From the NCBI RefSeq assembly GCF_030028105.1, contig NC_092377.1:157830104-157894103 (forward strand): DNA of 64,000 nucleotides. Direction: 5' to 3'. This stretch comes from Mobula birostris. Lineage: Eukaryota. Below, piece by piece: positions 13,201 through 26,935 of this stretch (the first letter of the stretch is position 1; each line of letters begins with the position of its first letter). The notes under the pieces were generated by a model. It was given only the letters and a program-made list of their open reading frames with translations, made no database searches and was not told where the DNA came from. The position numbers and the translations under genes were made by a program.

Positions 13201-13575
13201 CATAGAACAGTACAGCACAGTACAGGCCCTTCGGCCCACAATGTTGTGCCGACCCTCAAACCCTGCCTCCCATATAAGCCCCCACCTTAGATTCCTCCAT
13301 ATACCTGTCTAGTAGTCTCTTAAACTTCACTAGTGTATCTGCCTCCACCACTGACTCAGGCAGTGCATTCCACGCACCAACCACTCTCTGAGTAAAAAAC
13401 CTTCCTCTAATATCCCCCTTGAACGTCCCACTCCTTACCTTAAAGCCATGTCCTCTTGTATTGAGCCATAGTGCCCTGGGGAAGAGGTGCTGGCTATCCA
13501 CTCTATCTATTCCTCTTATTATCTTGTACACCTCTATCATGTCTCATACTCCTTCTCTCCAAAGAGTAAAGCCGT
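13199..13575 (-). mobile_element. CR1 3' fragment nested in a Nimb element
   Basis: MIEVYKIIRGIDRVD..TRGHGFKV..FFTQRVVGAWNALP. Confidence 0.88.
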
Positions 13576-14072
13576 AGCTTTACTTTACCCTAACCTATAC
13601 TTTATCCTCCCATCTTTGGCCATCCTAATACCCTATTCCTGTTTATCCGTCATATCCTGTAAAAAAAACCCTGTACCCCTTAAGAAAGCTAAAAATACCC
13701 TAACGTGTGCTCTCTCACCCATGCCCAGCAACCCTTTTAAAGTGAATTCCTGCACCCCCAATTCCCTTAGTTTAATTCTCATCATCTCTCTCTGTATTCT
13801 CTTCTTCCTGCAACTCTTTTACGAGCACCTGAATTGGTTCATTGTTGTTAACGAGTGTCGTTAATCGTTTAGAGTTCCTTGTGTTTTTCTCAAGCGGCTC
13901 GCTCTTTGTATTGCGGTCACTTGGTGCTTTCCATTTAAACTTGTTCAGTTTATTTCGAAAGGCACTGAGATGCCGTGGTTGTCTGACAGGAGACGGGTCT
14001 CAAGATTGAATAATGCATACATACTTTGACAATGAATGTACTTTGAACTTAGTGAAGAATGAAAACACACGG

Positions 14073-14415
14073 CAGCTCTTTACTGTGGCTCTTGAAAGAG
14101 CCTTTGTTGGGTTGAGAGTGAGAATTTCAAGCACACTACCTGTAGTTGCAACAGGTTAGCTGCATGTCCTCAGGGTGCCGGCAAATTTGGAATGGATGAA
14201 GCAAAGGTCAGTATCCTCACAGAGCCCTACCAGCCTCCTGCGGGTCTATAATGACAGAGCTCTGGCAGTGGTGGTGTCCCGAAGTCCCTGGAAGGACAGT
14301 TTGTGGAGGAGCGACTCGGATGTCTCTGGTACCAGATCTCCCTCAGAGCCACAGTGCTAGGTCGGCAGCAGTGCATCCATGGCTGGCGTCACTTTCGTCA
14401 CCGGTTGCTTCTCAG
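14073..14415 (-). pseudogene. Histone H3 pseudogene 1 with stem-loop and HDE
   Basis: Minus-strand blocks RPSTVALREI (14364-14335), LVGLCEDTDLCFIHSK (14233-14186) and PEDMQLT, separated by indels. Stem-loop GGCTCTTTCAAGAGCC 14102-14087; AAAGAGCTG 14081-14073. Confidence 0.85.
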
Positions 14416-14667
14416 TTTAGTGATAAGGAGCTAGCACAGTAGTGTTGAAATAGATATGATCAATGAGTTTTGCGTGGATGTTGACCGATTTCTACTTTTG
14501 TTCTCACAAGTACTAGTCACACCGAGTTCTATTTTTCAGCCTGAAGACCAGATCGTTAAAGATCCCGTGATCTTACCACGCGCGCACATCATACCGATTG
14601 GTAATAAATGAATACAAGGAGACGAAGAAAACAACAGGACCGTCAGGTAGAATAAATAGGGAAGCGT

Positions 14668-14870
14668 CTCTTTACGGCGGTACTTAAAAGAGTCTTTGTC
14701 GGGCTGAGAGTGAGGGAGAGTTCCCTGTCGACCTGCCTTGAAGTCCCGAGCGATGTCAGGACGACTAGTGGAGGGAACAGCTCAGTGGGGTTTTAGTAGC
14801 GCCGGGTTCACTTTAGTCACCGGCTGTCGGGGCGACGGGAGAAACGTGCCCCCTGGGCCATTCGTGCCAT
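14668..14870 (-). pseudogene. Histone H3 pseudogene 2 (large deletions)
   Basis: ATGGCACGA (MAR) at 14870; QPVTKV; CGGCGCTAC...ACTGAGCTG (RRY..TEL, 14804-14778); DIARDFK (14757-14737). Degraded stem-loop at 14679-14694 with flanks paralogous to copy 1. Confidence 0.75.
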
Positions 14871-14928
14871 CTATCTCAGTTCGGAATCGCTGCCTGACCC
14901 GCTGAGGAGACGGTTCGTGAGGCAGTGG

Positions 14929-14999
14929 CCAATCGGGCTTCTCTATCACAGCGAATGCCCCGCCTTCCCTCACGCTGATTGGCCCGCGCCCCTGCCAAT
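14929..14999. promoter_or_regulatory. Histone-type promoter remnant (3 CCAAT boxes, GC box)
   Basis: CCAAT 14929-33, ATTGG 14978-82, CCAAT 14995-99, CCCCGCC near 14958; upstream of H3 pseudogene 2. Confidence 0.55.
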
Positions 15000-15244
15000 C
15001 CGAATCTGGAAGGAGCCGTCCCTTTGGAAAAGCCCGTCAACTTCAGAGCAAGAACGAGATGGTCTCTCCCCACCACCACCACCACCGCTCCATCCGCCAC
15101 AAGCGGAACATCCCGGTGGCTAAACATTTTAATTCCAATTCCCGTTCTCATTCCGACATGAGGCCACCCTGAGGGTGGAGGAGCAACATCTTATACAGTA
15201 TTGCGTTCTGGGCATTCTGGCCTCATACCTTCTCTTTTCCTTCT

Positions 15245-16595
15245 TCTGAGGTACGCAGGTGTTTCCAACGAGTGGACAGTCGCAAGGCCCCGTCTCCCAG
15301 TATACGGTGCCCTCCTGCTTCAGTTTATCCACCATTGCCCCTGTACCAATAAAAGACTAAGGTAACCTGTCTGAACGACTGGCGTCCTGTCGCACGCACC
15401 TCAATAATAAGCAAGTGCTTTGAGAGGCTGGTCAAGGACTACATCTGCAGCCTGCTGCCACCCACACTGAACCCTTACAATTCGCCTACCGACACAACCG
15501 ATCGACAGACGACACAATAGCCACAGCTCTACACACCGTCCATACACATCTGGAGAAGAAGGATGCTTATGTGAGAATGCTGTTCTTGGACTACAGTTAA
15601 GCGTTCAACACCATAGTTCCATCCGGGCTCGACAGGAAGCTCAGAGACCTCAGCCTTGACCCTGCCTTGTGCAGCTGGATCCTGGACTTCCTGTCAGATC
15701 GCCAGCAGGTGGTAAGAGTGGGCTCCCTCACCTCCACCCCTCTGACTCTCAATACAGGAGCCCCTCAGGGATGTGTACTAAGTCCCCTCCTTTACTCCCT
15801 GTATACTCATGACTGTGTTGCCACCCACAGCTCTAATCTGCTAATTAAATTTGCCCGTGACACTACATTGATTGGCCTAATCTCAAACAATAACGAGGTG
15901 ACCTACAGAGAGGAAGTCATCACCCTGACACAGTGGTGTCAAGAAAACAACCTCTTCCTCAATGTCGCAAAAACAAAGGAGCTGGTTGTGGACTACAAGA
16001 GGAATGGAGATGGGCTAACCCCTACAATTGGATCTGGGGTTGAGAGGATAAACAGCTTTAAGTTCCTCAACATCCACATTAAGGAGGACCTCACATGGTC
16101 TGAACACGCCAGCTGTGTGGTGAAAAAGGCACAACAATGGGCCCCCAAATCCTAAGAACTTTCTACAGGGGCACAATTGAGAGCATCCTGACTGGCAACA
16201 TAACTGCCTGGTATGGGAACTGTACCTCCCTTAATCGCAGGATTCTGCAGAGGGTGGTGCGGACAGCCCAGCGCATTTGTAGTTGTGAACAGGACATTTA
16301 CAAAGACAGGTGTGAGAAAAGGGACATAGGATCATTGGGGACCCAAGTCACCCCAACCACAATCTATTCCAGCTTCTACCATCTGGGAAACGGTACCACA
16401 GCACAAAAGCCAGGACCGACAGGCTCTGGGACAGTTTCTTCCACCAGGCCATCAGACTGATTCATTCACACTGATTTGAGTGTATTCTATGTTACATTGA
16501 CTGTTCTATTTATTATAAATTACTATGAGTGCACGTTGCACATTTAGACAGATATGTAACATAAAGAGTTTTACTCCTCATGTATGTGAAGGATG
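15245..16595 (+). mobile_element. Rex1/Babar LINE fragment
   Basis: [33 protein letters not shown]. Confidence 0.88.
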
Positions 16596-17139
16596 TGTTA
16601 TGTACCCCTAGGGGTCATATTTTCTATGGACTATGCCTTTAAAAAGAGAGAGAGAGTTGTACAACACAAACACCTTGTGATTAAGAGAGAGAGAGGTGAA
16701 CACTGCTTTGAGATGGTGTTATGGTTCCTCTGCAGCATGTTTACATTTTTGCAAGGACACTGTCAGCTTCTGTGTTCCTACAGAGAGAGAAGGGAGGAGC
16801 TACTTAATGGACAGCTGGTGTTCAGCACGGTAACGAAGGGTTCCAGCCCGAAACATTGACTGATCATTTCCACGGATGCTGCCTGACATGCTGAGTTCCT
16901 CCAGCGTGTTATGAGTGTTACTATGACCACTACACTGACATGGACTTTAATTTCTTGTTGTTCTGATTGTGTTCTTTCCTGTAAAAATTATGCATAATTT
17001 ATATTTTATTTATGTTTCGTTGTGGATGGTACGTGCCTGTGATGTTGCTGCAACTAAGTTTTTCATTGCACCTGTGCATACGTCTTGTGTGTATGACAAT
17101 AAATTCAATCATGTTACTGTATTATATCTCTAAATAAGT

Positions 17140-17770
17140 TCTTAAAAATATCAAAATAATAAGAAATATATACAAAGGAAGAAAGTGCAAAAGAAATCTT
17201 TAACATTCATGGTTGCTATATTCAGTAGTATAAACTTTAAAAAACAACTAATGACATTGCCACACACTCAGCTTCCCCTTTCACTGTTTGAGGGGTTTCC
17301 TTATCCACCTGTGGTCAAAGGTGTTAACTTGGAAGGACTTTTCTACCGAGCACCAGTAGTGCAGCAGCATTAAGCTGACTAAGGCGTTGTATAGTGGAAG
17401 GGTCAGGTTTAACCTTCCCCACACCAGGGAAAGGCAGAACCTCAGAACGTGGTGACACCTGATGCACACAGACTTTTGTTCCACATACCACCTGATACAG
17501 CCACATATGAAAGTGGGCATCAGGATGAGGACAACGTTGGGTCCCATTCTGTGGGGACTTGCACAATATGACCCAATAGACCTACTCCATCTCGGATAAA
17601 CTGGAAGATATCCTGAGTGATTCCTGAAGCAGGGAGGTGGGGGAAACAGGCCAAGCATGCACCAGATAAAGCAGCCTTGGGAGCATATCACACCTGGTAA
17701 ACAAATTCTTCCCAGATATTGACAGAGATTTCAATTTCCACAGACCCAGCTTTTGCTTATATCCCAATCT
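17140..17770 (-). mobile_element. Tx1/L1-clade LINE fragment inside a probable solo LTR (about 16596-18238)
   Basis: KLGLWKLKSLSISGKNL...LLYLV.AWP. The flanking sequence starts TGTTATG and ends TGACA. Confidence 0.55.
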
Positions 17771-20700
17771 GCTCCAGCCAATTCTTATTACACACCACAG
17801 CTCCCCTCTCCATCAAAACCACGGACTCTGCTGTGGGGCCACACAACAGGTTCGGCAATTGCTCTCGTGAGTTTGCTTGTTTCAGCTAATTACTGTCTCA
17901 TTACAGTGGTACTTAACTCCATTCCTTTTATTCTAGTCTTGTCAAGACTTGACCAAAACCACAGCAATGTTTACGGTCCCTGCTTACCCTCATCCCTGTT
18001 GGGGAAAGAGGACTACCATTTTGACTGATGCCGTAAAGGAACGGCATTCATTTAGTATTTAGTTATTTATTGCTTCCAGCCACAGTATTGGAATTAAACT
18101 TTCAATTTGAGTGTTTTAGTTAAAGACCATGTTGGCCTAGTGTTTATTGTTTTTCTACAACAGTTCTCATTAAAGTCAGTGAACTGTTGATCTGCTTCAG
18201 TACCTCTCTGCACTTGGGCTATATCTGAATGTTTTGACAAAGGGGAGAGCAGAGAATGAGATTTTACTTGAAAATATCTGACAGGAACTCTAGGAGCTGA
18301 ATGCCCTCTTTCTGCATGAGGTCAATGATGTAGCAATGCTGACACAAACTTCTAAAAGATTCTCATTCACTTTTTCACTTGCTTTTTGCAACAAGGATCA
18401 ATCTCACTCCCAAGTGATGCAGATGATCAATCTGTAACACAGAACGGGAGAATTAAGATTGTTCCCTCTTCGCCTGCACAATAATTTAGAAAGGTAAGAT
18501 TGCTCCAACATTATGATCACAATCAGTTGGGAAAACACTGTGTCAACATTACAACAGTGTAGTTACAGCTAATGTCTTAGAAAATGTCTTAGACTTGTGC
18601 ACTAAAATCTTATCTTAATACCACTTTAGCTCTTGGGCAAAAGGATCCTATGTGTTCACAAGCTGCATGGCTATCCAATTAAAAACAACAGCATGAAATA
18701 GCACAAATTACAAACTATCTGATAGATAAACACTATTTCGTCCTGCCTGGCCCAGGGAATTGGTATTCCTGCAAGGAGCAGTTTACATTGAAAGATGTTT
18801 TTGGTTTTAGGAGTTTTCAAATGCAGCTTCTTGGAAGAGTATTGAAGTTTCAGAGGAGTGAAAGGCAAACAAAAGTGCTCAGCAAATTCCATGAGCATCA
18901 GGAAATCAATCACCGTTGGGATATGTAGTGCTGAGAAACAGGGAGTGTGCAGACAGTCTTGGATTAGGAGAATGGACAAAGAATTGGCAGGTGGAATACA
19001 GTCACAAACACAACACACACAAAATGCTGGAGGAAGTCAGCAGGTCGGGCAGCGTCTATGGAAAAGAGTAAACAGGACTCATCATTCCTGACGGAAGGGG
19101 TTCAGCATGAAATGTTGACTGTTTATTCATTTCCATAGATGCTGCCTGACCTACTGATTTCCTCCAGCATTTTGTGTCTGTTGCTGCAGATTGAATACAA
19201 TGCAGGGAAGTGTACGGTCATGCACTTTAATTGAAGGAATAAAGTTGTAGATTACATTCTTTTGTTGGGCTGAATAGCCTAAAATCTGAATCTGCCTTCC
19301 AGCTCACTGATCAGGATAAAACAATAGAACAAAACTAAAGGTAAATAACAGTAATCAAATGATTGTACAGATATCCAGAGAAATGAGTCCCCCTGCCACC
19401 TACAGGCATTTCCCAGTCATTAATGAAATATTGTTCAGCAGCAGATTCATATTGAAGATACTGAGTCCTCAGGCAGAAAGGGCATAATGGACAGGAAGAA
19501 CACTTTCATAGTTCTTAATTATGGCATTTTATTTCCTAAATAATTGCTTTAGAAAGAGTTTAACAAGTAATAATGATGATGAGAAACAGGAAAATGCTGG
19601 AAACACTCTGCTGGCCAGACAACATCTGTGGAGAGAGAAACAGAGTTAATGTTTCAAGTTTGACACCTTTTGTCAGAACTCAGGGGGAAAAAAAAGCCTG
19701 GTCCCTTAGCCACCAGCAAATTATAAACTGCTGGAATAAACCACCAGATCAGGCAGCATCTATGAAGGGAAATGGATGCCTTTCCAGGGTCAACATTTTA
19801 GATCAAGGCCCTACGTCTGGGCTGGAGAAGTCCAGATGAAAGGTCCTGATCCAAAATGTTGACAGTCTGTTTCCTTTGACAGATGTTCCTTCGGCAGCTT
19901 GTTTTGATTTTCCACTCCAGATTCCGGCATCTGTGGTCTCAAGTCTCCTTGCCGTTAACAGAAACTTTTTATTTTAAAAGTAAACTTTATTCATAAATAT
20001 ATACAGTAATTACAAGACAAACATATCTTGTAATTTCTGTAACCCAATTTCCCTCGGGATCAATAAAGTCTATCTATCTATCTATCCATCTATCTTACTT
20101 TAGAGACACAAGGGACGCAGATACTGGAAACTAGAGCAACAAGCAATTGACTGGAGGAACTGTATCAGTTTAACATCTCCAGCATATGTTTTGAAATTTG
20201 TGCCTTCAGGCTCCCGTATCTCCTTCCCGATGGCAGCAATGAGAAGAGAGCATGTCTGGGTTGATGGGGTCCATAATGATGGCTGCTGCCTTTTTGAGGC
20301 ATTAAAAAAAAATAAAAAGTAGTGAGGTAGTTGAATGTCCATTCAGAAATCGGATGGCAAAGGGAAGAAGCTGTTCCTGAATCGTTGAGTGTGTGCCTTT
20401 AGGGTCCTGTACCTCCTTCCTGATGCTAGCGATGAGAAGAGGGCAAGTCCTGGTTGAAGGGGGTAATTAATGATGGTGCCACCTTTTTGAGACATCGCTC
20501 CTTGAAAATGTTCTGGATGTTGAGGAGGATGGAGCTAAGTTTACAAGTCCCTGCAGCTTATTTTGATCCTGTTCGGTAGCCTCCCCACCTCCCGCGCCCC
20601 ACAATACCAGACGGTGATGCAGCCAGTTAGAAAGCGCTCCACGGTACATCTATAGAAATTTGCGAGTGTTTTTTTGGCGACACAGCAAATCTCGTCTAAT

Positions 20701-20870
20701 TTTACATAGTATCCACAAAGCGCCATTCGTGTGGCCTCTTTGAACCGCACACTTGCTGAGAGCCCGCTACACTGAATCCAGCCCCTTGATGTGGAAGCGG
20801 CGGCGAGGCAGGTTCACTCGCAGCCTCCGCTTGGCCAAGGATCTCACGGATTGCAGTGTGCAAACTTGCC

Positions 20871-21004
20871 ATTGGTTCCGTACGCTTTACAATAACTTCG
20901 CCAATCAGAGGGACACGACACGAATTATGTCACCACAGTCCAATCGGAATCAAGACATGGACTAATCCTTCATTAGCATAGGACGGAGGACGCTGCCTAT
21001 ATAA
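20871..21004 (+). promoter_or_regulatory. H2B promoter: CCAAT boxes, octamer variant, TATA
   Basis: ATTGG 20871-75, CCAAT 20901-05 and 20940-44, ATTAGCAT 20972-79 (Oct-1-type), TATATAA 20998-21004. Confidence 0.8.
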
Positions 21005-21055
21005 GCGGGGGAACGGCGACGTCAGGCGTTGTGTCTCAGACTGTCTGCATTTAAA

Positions 21056-21430
<375 letters not shown>

Positions 21431-21473
21431 AGCTCTACAACGTACTGCAAAAAAAAGACCTTTCTCAAACAAA

Positions 21474-21510
21474 GGCTCTTCTAAGAGCCACCCACGTCTC
21501 TGAAACAGCT
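21474..21510 (+). terminator. Histone 3' stem-loop and probable HDE (U7 processing)
   Basis: AAA-GGCTCT TCTA AGAGCC-ACCCA at 21474-21489; purine-rich GAAACAGCT about 13 nt downstream. Confidence 0.9.
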
Positions 21511-22312
21511 ATGCCAGCGTTGCTGTACGTATACGTTTTGTATCAAATTAAGGTTCTTGCTGAAACAAATCAGCTCTCAAATGATTCCCGTTTCGCCCTC
21601 TTGGACGCCACTTTTCCGAAAAGGTGGTTTTATTGATCTGTAGTATTGTCGTGTTGCTATTAGTACCCAATAAAGCAGACCTTGTCTCTAATCACTGCTC
21701 ACAGTACCAATTAATTATGCGTAAATATAATTGTTTAGTTACAAAGCATGGAAACGTTCGCGCCGACTACCAAGTACCCATCTACGCGAATCCTCTTTAT
21801 TCTCCATTGCTTTCCCACCGGCTTATCCTTCTCGTCCCCATCCCCATTCTCCTACCCACCTACGTTCAGGGGCAACTTACAACAGCTAATGGATGAACCT
21901 ACCAGGCAGCTCATATTTGGGACGTGGAAGGAAAACCCAGGCGGTCGCGGGTTGAACATGCGAACTCCGCACTTAGTGTTCGATAATTTGCCGAGATGTA
22001 GACATCTCGGGCAATGGCAGCACTGACTGCCCGTCCTAAAGAACCCTTCTCAGGATACCAGTGTAGCTTCGCAGGGGCGATGGAAGAACCCTTTGTGTCT
22101 ACCCTGCCGAGGCTGATTTCGAACGTCCCATCGTGTGTTATGTTGCCACGTTCTTGGGACAATTCGGCCCCATCTTGCCACGTTAACAATGAGTGTACAC
22201 ACGTCCGTCCCAACTCTTTATCTAGCAATCAGCCTTTGCATCGCATGACATGTTCATCTGTTTGAAAGCTGTGAGAGTACTGCCTCCATTAACTATCAGT
22301 AATAACTGCAAC

Positions 22313-22391
22313 CAGGGGTTCCCAACCTTTTTCATGCCATGGACCAATGTCTTTAAGCAAGGGGTCCATGGATCCAGGTTGGGAACCGCTG
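22313..22391. mobile_element. 79-bp hAT MITE
   Basis: CAGGGGTTCCCAACC ... GGTTGGGAACCGCTG; 8-bp flanks ACTGCAAC and GATGCAAC; relatives at about 23853-23922 and 47305-47360. Confidence 0.75.
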
Positions 22392-22404
22392 GATGCAACA
22401 TCTT

Positions 22405-24935
22405 GATGTACAGCACGGGAAACAAACCCTTTGACCCAATTCATGCGCGCTGACCAAGTTGCCTGATGTAACTAGTACCATCTATCTCTATTTGGTACAT
22501 AAACCATCATGCAATTCTCCAAATGCCTTTTCATATACTGTAACTGTACCCGGCTCTACCACTTCCTCTGGCAGCTCATCACATATAACGCCCTTTTTAA
22601 GTCTTTCCTCTCCCACTTCAAACCCATGCCTCTAGCTTTGGACTTGCCCGCGGGAGAGTGTGGGACCAGGGGGCAGAGCGTCAGAATTGAGGGAGGTCAC
22701 ATCAGAACAGAAATGAGGAAGAATTTCCCCCTCCACTTTAAACATATTGGCACCCTATTTAAACTGTTCATGATTTAATAAACCTATATACAGCCACCCC
22801 TCAGCCGCCAGTGTTCCAGGGCAAAGAGTCATGGTCTGTAACCCAAGCCCTCCAGTCCTGGAGACATCTTTGGATCTTTTTTAGCACCCTGTCCAGTTGA
22901 TTGACATCAATCTTGCATCTTCCAGCTGTCAACCATCCTCTCAATAAATCCACGTATGACATAGGTCAGGGTCATACTGCACAGAAACTGGCCTTTGGCC
23001 CACCATGTCCTTCCTGTCACTAGACATAGGCTATTCAGCCCACCAAGTCTGCTCCCCCAGTCACTCCATCATGGCTGATTTAATTTCCTTCTCAACCCCA
23101 TGCTCTGCCTTGTCCCTGTAACCTTTAGAATTAAGTAACTATCAACCTCTGCTTTAAGTATACCCAAATGATTTGCCCTCCACAGCTGTCTGTAGCAATA
23201 TATTCACACAGATTAACCACCCTCTGGCTGAAGAAATTGTACCTCATTTCTGTGCTAAAGGGACCTACTTCTGATCAGAGGCTGTGCCCCCTGCTCCCAC
23301 ACACTCCCACCAGTGGAAACATCTCAATAATCTAACTTGCTTGCACTTGATCCATATTCTTTGCCTTGGTGATTCACATACTCATCCAGACCCCTCAATG
23401 GGTCCAAGATGAAAGGAAACAGAATGAAATAACAGGGGACTTTCTCAGATCTCTTTATTACTGTCAGTGACAGCAACAATCAGGAGTGCTGGCAATACAA
23501 AGGGCCTCAAAATAGTACTGAAGCGAGATAGGTGTATAGTATATGATGTTTCTGGCAAAAAAAAACATGTAGAATATCATCTTGTAGATTTGATTTTCTT
23601 GCTCTGGAATCAGTGGATGTTTTCCTGCTAATTGGTTCCAGAGGCTCCTGATATGTCATTATTGTGATCAGATTCGTAGTTCGTTTGGGCTTAGACTGAG
23701 GCACAGTCCTCATTGTCCTGGATTGCCATGGACCCCAGTTCTTGCAGTACTGGAGAACCAAAGCAGAAAAACAAAATAGGACAACGCTGCAATAAAGAAT
23801 CAGGCTGCACCCTTCACCTGAACCACTAATTCTGGTTTCTCTCTCTACAGAACAGGGTCCAAGATTAACCCCTCGGTTAATGGTAGGGGTCTATGGCATT
23901 AAAAAACAGTTGGGAACCCCTGCCTTAGAATGTTCCCAGCATTTTCTGGTTTTGTTTCAGCTTAGAAAGGGTGTAGAGGCGATTTAGTTCTCAGAACATA
24001 AGACAAACTAGCAGAATTAGTCCATTTGGCCCATTGAGTCTGCTCCACCATTCCATCATGGTTGATTTATTATCCCTCTCTCTCCTAGTCTCCTGCTGTC
24101 TCCCCATACCCTTTAACATCCTTTCTAATCACCCAATATACCCAATGACCTGGCCTTCAGAGACGTCTGGGGTAATGAATTCCACCGATTCACTGCCCTC
24201 TGGAAAAAGAAATTCTTCTTTATCTCTGTTCTAAAAGGATGTTCTTATTTGCTGAGGCTATGCCCCCTGCTCCTAAACTCAACCACTATAAGAAGTGCCC
24301 TCTCCACATTTACTCCAGCTAAGCCTTTCAATATTCAATAGATCTCAACAAGGAGCCCCCCCCCCTCAACCCCGACACCCGCTCTCATTCTTCTAAACTC
24401 CACTGAGTACAGGCCTAGGTCCATGCAATGTTCCTTTCGTTCCTGGGATCATTCGTGACACCTACCCTGGACTCTCCAGAGAGGTTGCAGAGGAAAATTT
24501 ACCAGGCTGCTGTATGGATTAGAGAGCACGTCTTAGGTTGAGTGAGCTGAGGCATTTACCATTGGAGCAAAGAAGGATGAGAAATGACATGATAGAGGTC
24601 TACAAGATGAGAGGATAGATCAAGTGGACAGCCAGAGATTTTTTCCCATGGCAGAAATGGCTAATCCAAGGGGACAAAAATTTAAGATGACTGTTGAAAG
24701 TGTAGGGGGATGTCAATGGTAAGATTTTACACAGAGAGTGGAGGGTGCATGGAATGCGCAGCCAAGATGGTGGCAGAGGTAGATATATTAGAGACATTTA
24801 AGAGTCTCTTAGCTAAGCAGATGATTGATAGAAAAATGGAGGGCTATGTAGGAGGGAAGGGTTAGATTGACCTTAGAGAAGATTAAAAGGTTGGCACAAC
24901 ATAATGAACCTGTACTGTGCTGTAATGTTTTCTAT
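22405..24935. mobile_element. Cluster of CR1 3' fragments in both orientations (unique island at about 23400-23800)
   Basis: Repeated CR1 3'-end sequences, e.g. 23020-23330(-), 23995-24478(-), 24480-24935(+). Confidence 0.7.
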
Positions 24936-24939
24936 TCTA

Positions 24940-26935
24940 TTACTTTACTTTATTGTTACCAAACAATTGATACGAGAGCATACAATCATCACAGCGATAT
25001 TTGATTCTGCACTTCATGCTCCCTAAAGTACAAATCGATAGTAAATATAGTAAAAATTTAAATTATAAATCATAAATAGAAAAGGGAAAGTAAGGTAGTG
25101 CAAAAAAACCAAGAAGCAAGACCAGATATTTGGAGGGTACGGTCCAGATCTGGGTCAGGATCTGTTCAGCAGTCTTATCATAGTTGGAAAGGAGCTGTTC
25201 CCAAATCTGGCCATACGAGTCTTCAAGCTCCTGAGCCTTCTCCCGAAGGGAAGAGGGACGAAAAGTGTGTTGGCTGAGTGGGTCGTGTCCTTGATTATCC
25301 TGGCAGCACTGCTCTGACAGCGTGTGGTGTAAAGTGAGTCCAAGGACGGAAGATTGGTTTGTGTGATGTGCTGGGCTGTGTTCACAATCCTCTGCAGCTT
25401 CTTCCGGTCTTGAACAGGACAACTTCCATACCAGGTTGTGATGCACCCTAGAAGAATGCTTTCCACGGTGCATCTATAAAAATTAGTGAGGGTTTCAGGG
25501 TACAGGCCAAATTTCTTTAGCTTTCTCAGGAAGTAAAGGTGCTGGTGGGCCTTTCTTGGCAGTGAACTCTGCTTGGTTGGACCAAGTCAGGTCATTTGTG
25601 ATATTGACCCCGATGAACTTAAAGCTTTTGACCTGTTCCACTTGCGCACCACCGATGTAAATGGGGTCGTGCAGTCCGCTACTCCTTCTGAGGTCAACAA
25701 GCAATTCCTTCGTCTTGCTGACGTTGAGGGATAGGTTATTGTCTTCGCACCATGCCACCAGGTTTTTAATTTCCTCTCTGTACTTAAACTCATCATTACC
25801 TGAGATACGGCCTACAATTGTTGTGTTATCAGCAAACTTATATATTGAGTTCAATGGAAACTTGGCTACACAATCATGGGTGTACAGTGAGTACAGCAGG
25901 GGGCTGAGTACACGGCCTTGTGGGGCACCGGTGCTCAGAGTGATTGTAGAGGAAAGCTTGTCCCCTACTTTTACAGCCTGGATCCTGTCTGTGAGGAAGC
26001 TGAAGATCCAGCTGCAGATCTGTGTGCTAAGGCCCAGGTTCCGGAGCTTAGGAATCAGTTTATTTGGAATGATGGTATTAAAGGCAGAACTGTAGTCAAT
26101 GAAAAGGAGCCTTACATATGCGTCTTTATTCTCCAGGTGTTCTAAGGAGGAATGTAGGGCCAGGGAGATGGCAACTGACGTTGACCTGTTGCTCCGGTAG
26201 GCGAATTGCAAAGCTTCGAGGTTGACCGGTAGGCTGTGGTTGATGTGTGCATAACCAATCTCTCGAAGCACTTCATAGCAATTGATGTCAGAGCCACAGG
26301 TCGATAGTCATTCAGGCATGCCACCTTGCTCTTCTTCAGCACCGGGATTATCGTTGCCTTTTTAAAACACAAGGGGATCTTAGACTGAAGCAAGGAGCAG
26401 TTGAAGATGTCAGCAAACACTCTAGCTAGCTCACTTGCACAGGCATGGAGAACCCGTCCCGGGAACCTATCTGGGCCCGTCACCTTCCTTGGATTTATCT
26501 TCAGGAAGGCCCTTCTAACGTCCTCCTCGGTGACGATGAATCTCGATGCCACCAGGTCCGGTTCATCCAGAGGGGGCGGGACGCTCCTCTTCTGTTCGAA
26601 TCTTGCGTAGAATACGTTAAGTTTGTCAGGAAGAAAAGCGCTGCAGTTATTGATATTCCCAGCCTCTTCTTTGCGCCCGGTGATCTCATTTAGACCCTGC
26701 CATAGTCTACTGGCATCCCTCTGGTTAGCCTGGGCTTCCAACTTGGCTCGATATTGCCTTTTGGCACCCTTAATGGCTTTCTGGAGTTCACGCCTGGATT
26801 CCGTATAGTGACTGGTATCCCCGGACCTAAAAGCCGCAGCTCTAGCCTTCAAAAGGGAATGGACCTCATAATTCATTCAAGGTTTCCAGTTAGGGAATAC
26901 CTGGATCGTCTTGCGAGACACACAGTCCACACAGA
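24940..26935 (-). mobile_element. Rex1/Babar LINE, 5'-truncated
   Basis: ORFs 26142-26876, 25495-26271 and 25155-25466 with [29 protein letters not shown]. Confidence 0.9.

Larger units (their letters stand above)
13023..13816 (-). mobile_element. Nimb/I-clade LINE 3' end with 15-bp TSD
   Basis: TTTTACGAGCACCTG at 13008-13022 and 13817-13831; tail GGTGGCGGTAATGCACC...(CAGA)n; contains (TC)n(CA)n and a CR1 insert. Confidence 0.85.

Noticed and set aside
20720-20860. Divergent H2A gene or pseudogene upstream of H2B
   Set aside because: No MSGRGK or SSRAGLQFPVGR-like frame can be read; only vague GC-rich similarity.
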